From positions 23,839-47,838 of the forward strand of contig JAKPHF010000027.1 in the NCBI GenBank assembly GCA_029550525.1: 24,000 nucleotides of DNA. Reading direction: 5' to 3'. How positions within the stretch are numbered: position 1 is the first letter of the stretch; the number at the start of each line of letters is the position of its first letter. Positions 1 through 7,060 of the stretch are shown one piece after another. This DNA comes from Planctomycetota bacterium. Lineage in GTDB: Bacteria > Planctomycetota > Phycisphaerae > UBA1845 > PWPN01. The position numbers and the translations under genes were made by a program. Under the pieces are notes generated by a model. It was not told where the DNA came from. It was given only the letters and a program-made list of their open reading frames with translations, and did not search any database.

Positions 1-1221
1 TGCCGACTGCGTCTGCTCGAAGCGGTCACCGTCGTCGCAGTCACGGGCAGCAACGGCAAGACTACCACCAAGTCCATGATCGCCCATCTGCTGTCCGAGC
101 GATGGAAGGGCCGAGCGTCGATCAAGAGCTTCAACAACAACATCGGTGTGCCGTTGACGCTGTTGTCGGTCGAGCCGTCCGATGAGTTCGTCATCTGTGA
201 AGTCGGCACCAACGCGCCCGGTGAGATCGCCGAACTGGCTCGCCTGATCGAGCCGGAGGTCGCGGTGATTACCGGCGTGTCCGAAGCCCATCTCGAAGGC
301 CTCGGCTCGCTGGAGAAGATCGCCGATGAGAAGCTGTCGCTGCTCAAGTTCCTGCGTCCGGGTGGTTGTGCGATTCTCAATCACGACTGTGAAGCGGTTG
401 CCGCGGGGCTTAAGCGCGACCGTGCGTTCAACAAGATCAAGAAGGTGACGTTCGGACGCAATCCGGACGCCGACTTGCGGCTCACCGCGTACGCGCCGAA
501 GGTCAGTCCGGGAGCGGATGGCCAGTTGACCGGTTCGGTCGAGTTCACCATCAACGACCGGTTCCAGTATTGCCTGGCTGTGCCCGGGCGGCACAACGTG
601 TCCAATGCCCTGGCCGCCATTGCGGTGGCTCGGCGGTTCGGGATGGACCACGAGGAAATTGCCGCTCGGCTGGCGACGTTCACGCTGCCGCCCATGCGGT
701 TGGAGACGCTGCGGGTGGGGCGGTTGACGCTCATCAACGACGCTTACAACGCCAACCCGGCTTCGCTCGCTGCTGCCGTGGACGTGCTGCAGGACATGAA
801 GGCTCCCCGACGACGCGTCCTGATTGTGGGCGACATGCGCGAGCTGGGCAGCGAGTCCGAGCGGCTTCACCGCGAGGCCGCCGAAAAGATCGCCCACGCG
901 GGCGTGCAGATGGTGGTGGCGGTGGGCCAGCGGGCCAAGCTGGTCGCCCAGACCGTCAAGCAGGCCAGCGGCGGGGCGATCGAAACACACGCGTTCGGCA
1001 CGACCGAAACGGCCCGCAAGCGCCTGACGTCGTACCTGCGGCCCGACGACACCATCCTGATCAAGGGGTCGCGGGCCCTGGGGCTGGAGAAACTCGCGGA
1101 ACAGATTCGCGGCTGGGCGGAAACGCGCGGCTCGCGCGGCAGCGCGTCGCGGCAAGTGGCTCACCGGGACTCCGAGCGTTCCGGCCCGGCGACGGGCCGC
1201 CTTGCCTCGCCGTCGCGGTAA
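1..1221 (+). CDS. murF: UDP-N-acetylmuramoyl-tripeptide--D-alanyl-D-alanine ligase MurF, 5' end truncated by the window edge
   Basis: Frame 1 is open from nt 1. Translating nt 1-75 gives ...VVAVTGSNGKTTTKSM, the Mur-ligase P-loop, so the ATG at 76 is internal. Downstream motifs: PGRHNVSNALAA, NDAYNANPASL, VGDMRELG, LIKGSRALGLEK. It lies directly upstream of mraY. The C-terminal ~40 aa are an Arg/Ser/Gly-rich low-complexity tail. Confidence 0.9.
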   Translation, partial: CRLRLLEAVTVVAVTGSNGKTTTKSMIAHLLSERWKGRASIKSFNNNIGVPLTLLSVEPSDEFVICEVGTNAPGEIAELARLIEPEVAVITGVSEAHLEGLGSLEKIADEKLSLLKFLRPGGCAILNHDCEAVAAGLKRDRAFNKIKKVTFGRNPDADLRLTAYAPKVSPGADGQLTGSVEFTINDRFQYCLAVPGRHNVSNALAAIAVARRFGMDHEEIAARLATFTLPPMRLETLRVGRLTLINDAYNANPASLAAAVDVLQDMKAPRRRVLIVGDMRELGSESERLHREAAEKIAHAGVQMVVAVGQRAKLVAQTVKQASGGAIETHAFGTTETARKRLTSYLRPDDTILIKGSRALGLEKLAEQIRGWAETRGSRGSASRQVAHRDSERSGPATGRLASPSR

Positions 1222-1280
1222 GCCGGTGGAAACAAGGATGTCCTCCACCTCGCGTGGATTTATGATCGGATCAGTGCAGC

Positions 1281-2426
1281 GTGCTTTACCTGCTTTACGA
1301 ATGGTGGCGTGATTGGCCCGAAGGCCCCTACGCGTACAAGGATCCTCTGTTTCGAGGGACCTGCGCGATTCTCCTGGGCTTCGCCATCGTGTGGTTCATC
1401 GGTCCCAAGGTCATTCGCCAGCTGGCGATGCGAAAGATCGGGGACAACGCCGACTTCGACCACAGCCGGCTCAACGAGTTCCTCCGCGACAAGAAGAACA
1501 CGCCGACCATGGGCGGGATCATGATCATCTCGGCCATCGCCATCTGCGTGCTCCTGCTGAGTGATCTGCGGAACTACTACATCCGCTTGGGGCTGTTCTG
1601 CATGGTCTGGCTGACCGTGCTCGGCGGCATCGACGACTGGCTCAAGCTCACGGTGGCCCGCCGCAGCGGCACCCGCGACGGGCTGAAGAGCTACGAAAAG
1701 CTGCTCTTTCAAATCGGCCTCGGCGTGCTCCTGGGCATCTTCGTGTATCGCTACGGGCAGGAGAATTCGAACATGGCGATGCTGCGCGGGGCGTCCGAAG
1801 CGCTGCCCTCGTTCCGCATCCTGGTCGTGCCCTTTTACAAACCGGGTATCCTGCTAGGCATTCCGGCGTTTTTGATTCTCACCGTCCTGGTGACTGCCGG
1901 GACGTCCAACGCGGTTAACCTCACTGACGGCATGGACGGTCTGGCCGCCGGCTGCATGGCCTTGTGCAGTTTCGTGTTCATGGTTCTCTCGGCCATGGGC
2001 GGCGATCCCGCGCAGGCGCATCGTCTTTTGTTTCCGCATATTCCGGACACGGGCGAACTGGCCATTCTGTGCGGGGCCATCATGGGATCGTGCCTGGGCT
2101 TTCTCTGGTACAACTGCCATCCGGCCCAGGTGTTCATGGGCGACACGGGCTCGCTGCCTTTGGGCGGCCTGATCGGGTACGTGGCCATCGTGACCCGCCA
2201 GGAATTGATGCTGCTCATCGTGGGCGGCGTGTTCGTGATCGAGGCGTTGTCGGTCATCATCCAGGTGGGCTACTTCAAAACGACGGGCAAGCGGTTTTTC
2301 CGCGTGGCTCCGATTCACCACCATTTCCACCTGGGAGGCTGGACGGAGACGCAGACCGTGATTCGATTCTGGCTGGGGGCGGCCATTTTCGCGGGCGTGG
2401 CGCTGGCCACCATTCGGTTGAGATGA
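1281..2426 (+). CDS. mraY: Phospho-N-acetylmuramoyl-pentapeptide transferase MraY
   Basis: 381 aa polytopic membrane protein with a GTG start. Motifs: KKNTPTMGGIMII, SNAVNLTDGMDGLAAG, VFMGDTGSLPLGG, RVAPIHHHFHLGGW. Length and N-terminus (MLYLL...) match the MraY family. Confidence 0.95.
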   Translation: MLYLLYEWWRDWPEGPYAYKDPLFRGTCAILLGFAIVWFIGPKVIRQLAMRKIGDNADFDHSRLNEFLRDKKNTPTMGGIMIISAIAICVLLLSDLRNYYIRLGLFCMVWLTVLGGIDDWLKLTVARRSGTRDGLKSYEKLLFQIGLGVLLGIFVYRYGQENSNMAMLRGASEALPSFRILVVPFYKPGILLGIPAFLILTVLVTAGTSNAVNLTDGMDGLAAGCMALCSFVFMVLSAMGGDPAQAHRLLFPHIPDTGELAILCGAIMGSCLGFLWYNCHPAQVFMGDTGSLPLGGLIGYVAIVTRQELMLLIVGGVFVIEALSVIIQVGYFKTTGKRFFRVAPIHHHFHLGGWTETQTVIRFWLGAAIFAGVALATIRLR

Positions 2427-2463
2427 CCTGGTGGCGGCGGTTCATGACAGCAGGGGCGAGGCT

Positions 2464-3705
2464 ATGAGCATCACACTGCATGCCGAACAGAGCGAGCCCG
2501 ATCCCGTTTCGCAGCAGGATGACGCTGTCATCGAGCGGAAGGCCTGCGGCTGGGCTCGCTCGGTGATGATCATCGCCACTGCGGTCGGGCTGATGGGCAT
2601 CGGCGCGGTCATGACGTTCTCGGCCAGCGCCCGCATCGACGCGCCCGTCGGTGACGCTTCCATCTGGGAATCGCGCGTCTTCCGCCAGATGATCTTCACC
2701 GCGGCCGGTCTGACCACCATGTTGATCGTGGCCCGTATTCCGTATCGTTTGTGGACGGCCGGCAACGGTTTAGCGGCGGCGCTCGGTTTGCTCGCGGCCG
2801 TCGTCGCGGCCTCGCTGGTGTTCGTGCCGGGTATCGGCGTCGAACGCAACGAGGCTTATCGCTGGGTGCGAATCACGGGCGACCTGGTGTTTCAGCCGTC
2901 GGAACTGGTCAAGATCATGCTTCCCATCTTCCTGGCGGTCTGGATGACGCGGGGCCTGAGTGGCCAGCCCGAGCGAGTGGCCGACGCGTTTCGTCCACGA
3001 CATGACATTCGTCATTTCACGCGCGGCTTTCTGCCCGCCGTGGCCGCCATCGGCCTGGGTGTGGGCGTGGTCGGGATCGAGGACTTCGGAACGGCGGCCC
3101 TGCTGGGCGCCGTCGGCGGGGCCATGCTCCTGGTCGGCGGAGCGCGGATTGGGCACCTGCTGCTGCTGATCCTCCCGGCCGTTCCTGCTTTCGCTTATCT
3201 GCTGTTCAGCCGGGCCCACCGCATGTCGCGCCTTCTGACCTTCCTAGACATCTGGGAGGATCCGGCCGGCAAGGGCTACCAGGCCGTTCAATCGCTTTGC
3301 ACCATCGCCAGCGGCGGCTTCTACGGCCGCGGCCTGGGACGCGGGTTTGTCAAAGGCTACCTGCCCGAAGCGCGGACAGACTTCATCTTCTCGGTCATCT
3401 GCGAGGAGCTCGGGGTGATCGGCGCGGTGGCGGTCATTGCGTTGCTCATGGCGTTCCTGTGGCAATGCCGGCTCATCATGCGCGACTGCGCCGACCCCAC
3501 GGGCAAGCTGTTGGCATTCGGAATCGCCATGACTTTCGGCATCCAAGCAGTCATGAATATCGCGGTGGTCACGGTCTCGATGCCGACTAAGGGCATTTCA
3601 CTGCCGCTGGTCTCGGCGGGCGGCTCGGGCGTGATCTTCCTCGGCGTGCTGGTGGGTGTCCTGGCGAGCATCCCCCGGTATGGCGGGATCGTGGAGCGGA
3701 GTTAA
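2464..3705 (+). CDS. ftsW: SEDS-family peptidoglycan glycosyltransferase, FtsW by dcw context (FtsW/RodA family)
   Basis: About 10 TM segments. Motifs: FQPSELVKIMLPIFLA, GIEDFGTAALL, LPEARTDFIFSVICEELG, MPTKGISLPLVSAGGSGV. I prefer the ATG at 2464 (preceded by aggggcgagg). A GTG at 2431 is an alternative start. Confidence 0.85.
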   Translation: MSITLHAEQSEPDPVSQQDDAVIERKACGWARSVMIIATAVGLMGIGAVMTFSASARIDAPVGDASIWESRVFRQMIFTAAGLTTMLIVARIPYRLWTAGNGLAAALGLLAAVVAASLVFVPGIGVERNEAYRWVRITGDLVFQPSELVKIMLPIFLAVWMTRGLSGQPERVADAFRPRHDIRHFTRGFLPAVAAIGLGVGVVGIEDFGTAALLGAVGGAMLLVGGARIGHLLLLILPAVPAFAYLLFSRAHRMSRLLTFLDIWEDPAGKGYQAVQSLCTIASGGFYGRGLGRGFVKGYLPEARTDFIFSVICEELGVIGAVAVIALLMAFLWQCRLIMRDCADPTGKLLAFGIAMTFGIQAVMNIAVVTVSMPTKGISLPLVSAGGSGVIFLGVLVGVLASIPRYGGIVERS

Positions 3706-3718
3706 GAATCGGCTGTCC

Positions 3719-3828
3719 GTTGTCAGTGGTCAGGGGTTGGGACCTTGGTCCTTTTGTCAGTTGTGTTCACAACGGACTCATGGACCACGGGCCCACAACG
3801 GACCACTGACAACTGGCCACTGACCAAT
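3719..3828. repeat. Cluster of inverted and direct repeats with an ACTGAC core in the ftsW-murG spacer
   Basis: GTTGTCAGTGGTC (3719-3731) is the exact reverse complement of GACCACTGACAAC (3801-3813). Related copies are TTTGTCAGTTGTG (3753-3765) and GGCCACTGACCAA (3816-3828). CACAACGGAC is a direct repeat at 3768-3777 and 3794-3803. Confidence 0.6.
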
Positions 3829-3843
3829 GCCAATAGCAATCCA

Positions 3844-4989
3844 ATGAGTAATCGTCCCTGGTACGTTTTTGCCGGTGGTGGCACCGGCGGACATCTGTTT
3901 CCCGGGTTGTCGGTCGTCGATTCGCTGCGGCGGATGAACGAGGCCGACGTGTCCTTCTTCTGCACCGATCGTCCGATCGATCGCGACATCCTGGGGGCGG
4001 CCGGCGTGGAGGCGGTCGTACAGACCGTGCTGCCCTTTCCGGCCAAGCCGTGGCGGTGGCCGAAGTTCCTGCTGCGATGGGGGCAATCGGTGCGGTCATG
4101 CCTGCGAGCATTTTCGGCCCGACGGCCGGCGTTCGTCGTGGGCGCGGGCGGTTACGCTTCGGGCCCGCCCGTCTACGCCGCGGCCAAACTGGCGATCCCG
4201 ACATTTCTGCTGAATCCCGACGCGGTGCCCGGCCGAGCCAACCGCCACATGGCGGTCCGGGCGAACGTTCGGTGCGTGTTCGCTCAGTGGGAGGTCACAC
4301 GGCAACACTTTCCGGCCGGTGTGCCCATCGAGGTCAGCGGCTGTCCGGTGCGGCCGGCGTTCCGGCGAGCGGCTGGCTTGGCACCGGAGGCAATTCGGGA
4401 ATCGTTCGGGCTCGATCCGCATCGGCCTATGCTTCTGGTCACGGGAGCGTCGCAAGGGGCTCGGACAATCAATGAGGCCATGCTGACACTGGCAGGGGCG
4501 GTGGCGGCCGCTGATTGGCAGGTGCTTCATCTGAGCGGGGCGACCGATGCCGAGCGAGTCGAGCAGGCGTACCGGCAGTCGAACACGGGCCTGCGTTACC
4601 GCGTACTGGCGTTCACGGATCGCATGCCCGAGGCCATGGCCGCCGCCGACCTGATCATCTCGCGGGCGGGGGCTTCGACACTGTCGGAGATCCAGGCCAT
4701 GGGCAAACCGTCGGTGTTGTTCCCGTACCCGTACCACCGGGACCAGCATCAGCGTCATAACGCGGCTGTTCTGGCCGAGGCTGGAGCTGCCGTCCTCCTG
4801 GACGACGCCAAAGACGCCACGGCCAACGCCGCACAACTGGGCCCCGTTCTGGCCCGGCTCATGGGTGACGCCGCCGAGCGCGAGCGGATGGCGCGTGCCG
4901 CGTCGAGTCTGGACGTGCCCGACAGCGCGGATCGTATCGCGGCGCGCCTGTTGGAAGTGAGCCAACAAGGCGAAAAATTGCAGCGATAG
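3844..4989 (+). CDS. murG: UDP-N-acetylglucosamine--N-acetylmuramyl-(pentapeptide) pyrophosphoryl-undecaprenol GlcNAc transferase MurG
   Basis: Motifs: VFAGGGTGGHLFPG near the N-terminus, GAGGYASGP, LLVTGASQGARTINEA, IISRAGASTLSEI. The ATG at 3844 puts the G-loop at the family-typical position. The track start at 3745 would add 33 non-conserved residues encoded by the repeat-rich spacer. Confidence 0.9.
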   Translation: MSNRPWYVFAGGGTGGHLFPGLSVVDSLRRMNEADVSFFCTDRPIDRDILGAAGVEAVVQTVLPFPAKPWRWPKFLLRWGQSVRSCLRAFSARRPAFVVGAGGYASGPPVYAAAKLAIPTFLLNPDAVPGRANRHMAVRANVRCVFAQWEVTRQHFPAGVPIEVSGCPVRPAFRRAAGLAPEAIRESFGLDPHRPMLLVTGASQGARTINEAMLTLAGAVAAADWQVLHLSGATDAERVEQAYRQSNTGLRYRVLAFTDRMPEAMAAADLIISRAGASTLSEIQAMGKPSVLFPYPYHRDQHQRHNAAVLAEAGAAVLLDDAKDATANAAQLGPVLARLMGDAAERERMARAASSLDVPDSADRIAARLLEVSQQGEKLQR

Positions 4990-5156
4990 TGCGTGGATCA
5001 TTGCGTGTGACGAATCCGGCCGGACGGTCCACGCATCATGCCGTAAATGGTTCAAGCAAACACGCTTAAAAGCCCGATAAAACAAGCCTATTGGGTGCGT
5101 TTTTGAGTTCCACTCGCAACCGGGGAAGTGAATTACCACAACTGTCGGTTTCTTGC

Positions 5157-5185
5157 TTGGAACACGCTCGCCCATGGATTAACAT
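5157..5185 (+). promoter_or_regulatory. Weak candidate internal promoter upstream of murC
   Basis: TTGGAA (5157-5162), 17-nt spacer, TAACAT (5180-5185), in the lower-GC part of the murG-murC gap. Hexamer match only. Confidence 0.25.
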
Positions 5186-5368
5186 GTGAGCCCGAGTCGG
5201 CCAGGGCGCGACGGCCGACGACGATTGCCAGTCGGCTGGGGAAAGGGCCGGCCCATCAATCGCAACTGTGGCACCGGTCAAGGCTCTGGCGGGGACGGAC
5301 GACATCTGCAACCTTGGAGTCCCCGGTGATGTTGCTTCGCTTAACCGTCGTCTATAGGGAACACACAG

Positions 5369-6973
5369 ATGGATCGAAGCGCAAGGACGCGCTGCCTGTC
5401 TGATCGCGGCACAAAGCTGGAATACCATCCGCTCGGAGGCAACGGCAACGGGCATGGTAACGGCAACGGGGGCAAGGTGATCGTGCGCGCCGTGTCCGAG
5501 ACTCGCCAGCACGACGGTTCCGCGGCCGGCTCGCTTGACACGCCCGCGGAGTGGACGGCTCGCGGCAAGCGGGTGCATCTGATCGGCATCGGCGGGTGCG
5601 GCATGTCCGGGGCGGCGGCCGTCCTGCAGCGGCGCGGCGCCGTGGTCAGCGGCTCGGATCGCGTCGACTCGGCCGTGCTCCAGCGGCTGGCCGAGCAGGG
5701 CGTGAACGTGTTCATCGGCCAGAAGGGCGAGAACGTCCCCGCGTCCTGCGACTTGGTCGTTTGCTCCGCGGCGGTTAAGGAGTCCAATCCCGAACTGCAG
5801 GCCGCTCGACGCAACGGTGCCCGCGTCGTCAAATACGCTCAGTTGCTCGGGCTGCTCATGCGGGAGTTCGAAGGTGTGGCCATCGCCGGCACGCACGGCA
5901 AGAGCACCACGTCGGCCATGGTCAGCTACGTCCTGCGCGAGGTAGGTCTCGACCCCTCGTTCGTCATCGGGGCGGGTGTCGAACAACTCGGCGGTGGCTC
6001 CGGTGTCGGTTCGGGCCGGCAGTTCGTCGTCGAGGCCTGCGAGTACGATCGCTCGTTCCACAACCTCAGGCCGCGGATCGCCACCATTCTCAACATCGAG
6101 GAAGATCACCTCGATTACTATCGCGATCTCGACGAAATCATCGAGTCGTTCCGGACGTTCGCCCAACTGCTGCCGGCCGATGGTCTGCTGGTGGTCAACG
6201 GCGATGACCGCAACGCCATGCGGGCGGCCGCGGACATTCCCGCCGAGGTCCAGACCTTCGGGTTCGGCGGTGCGGCCGATTGGCAGCCGCGCATCCTGGA
6301 GACTGTGCAGGGCCGCTTCCGCTTCGAGGTGCTCTTCCGCGGCCAGCGAGTGGCCGAGATCATGATGGGCATTCCGGGCCGCCACAACGTGAGCAACGCT
6401 CTGGCGGCGATGGCTGTCTTCGCGCGATGCGGCGTGGATCTGCAAGCGGCGGCCGAGGCGGTCGGCCGGTTCCGCGGGGCGCAGCGCCGGCTCACGTTGC
6501 GCGGCACTGAGGCGGGCGTGCACGTCGTGGACGATTACGCCCATCACCCGACCGAGATTCAGGTCACGCTCAAGGCCGCTCGCGAGTTCTACACGCCGCG
6601 CAAGATGTTCGTGGTCTTCCAGCCGCACCAGCATTCGCGAACGCGGTTCTTGCTCAACGACTTTGCCCGCAGCTTTTCGGCGGCCGACGTCGTCGTCGTG
6701 CCGGACATCTATTTCGTGCGGGACAGTGAGTCCGAACGGGAGTTGGTGGCCGCCACCGACCTGGTGAACGAGATTCACCGCAACGGCGGCGAGGCCCGGT
6801 ACGAGCCGGATTTCGGTCGGATTGTGGCCATGCTGTGCGACGAGGTGCAGCCGGGCGATCTGGTGATCACCATGGGCGCGGGCAACGTTTGGCAGATCGC
6901 CGACAGCCTGCTGGCCGAATTGAAGGAAAAGAACGCCCAGCCGCGGAATATTACCCCCGCGACGGCGGGCTAG
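5369..6973 (+). CDS. murC: UDP-N-acetylmuramate--L-alanine ligase MurC (start codon uncertain)
   Basis: Motifs: VHLIGIGGCGMSGAA, AIAGTHGKSTTSAM, EACEYDRSF, NIEEDHLDYY, GRHNVSNALAA, DDYAHHPTEI. The conserved core begins about 65 codons after the ATG at 5369. The extension contains GGNGNGHGNGNGG, encoded by ggcaac-type repeats at 5439-5471. A GTG at 5477 is an alternative start. Confidence 0.9.
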   Translation: MDRSARTRCLSDRGTKLEYHPLGGNGNGHGNGNGGKVIVRAVSETRQHDGSAAGSLDTPAEWTARGKRVHLIGIGGCGMSGAAAVLQRRGAVVSGSDRVDSAVLQRLAEQGVNVFIGQKGENVPASCDLVVCSAAVKESNPELQAARRNGARVVKYAQLLGLLMREFEGVAIAGTHGKSTTSAMVSYVLREVGLDPSFVIGAGVEQLGGGSGVGSGRQFVVEACEYDRSFHNLRPRIATILNIEEDHLDYYRDLDEIIESFRTFAQLLPADGLLVVNGDDRNAMRAAADIPAEVQTFGFGGAADWQPRILETVQGRFRFEVLFRGQRVAEIMMGIPGRHNVSNALAAMAVFARCGVDLQAAAEAVGRFRGAQRRLTLRGTEAGVHVVDDYAHHPTEIQVTLKAAREFYTPRKMFVVFQPHQHSRTRFLLNDFARSFSAADVVVVPDIYFVRDSESERELVAATDLVNEIHRNGGEARYEPDFGRIVAMLCDEVQPGDLVITMGAGNVWQIADSLLAELKEKNAQPRNITPATAG

Positions 6974-7060
6974 AGGCGACGCCGGCCGGTGTGGAGATGC
7001 AGGTTTCCAGCCTGCCTCAGAATGCCGGCAGGCGAGTCGCACCAAAGCGAAACTGCGATC

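Noticed and set aside
3719-3813. The 13-bp terminal inverted repeats as a MITE / mobile element
   Set aside because: No target-site duplication flanks the repeats (ctgtcc versus tggcca), no transposase is nearby, and I cannot count other genomic copies. It is reported as a repeat or structured spacer, not as a mobile element.
4096-5175. 359-aa minus-strand ORF, together with similar long ORFs at 7076-8038(-), 8063-9094(-), 14603-15493(+), 15677-16657(+), 16627-17655(+), 17962-18606(+), 19149-20054(-), 22181-22903(+) and 23036-23626(+)
   Set aside because: Each overlaps a motif-supported gene on the opposite strand and has low-complexity, Arg/Gly/Pro/His-biased sequence. All are treated as GC-driven shadow ORFs.
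5066-7045. 659-aa ORF on the minus strand
   Set aside because: It is entirely antisense to murC, whose product carries every Mur-ligase motif. The translation is Arg/Gly/His/Pro-rich with no recognisable motif. This is a typical shadow ORF of a high-GC gene.
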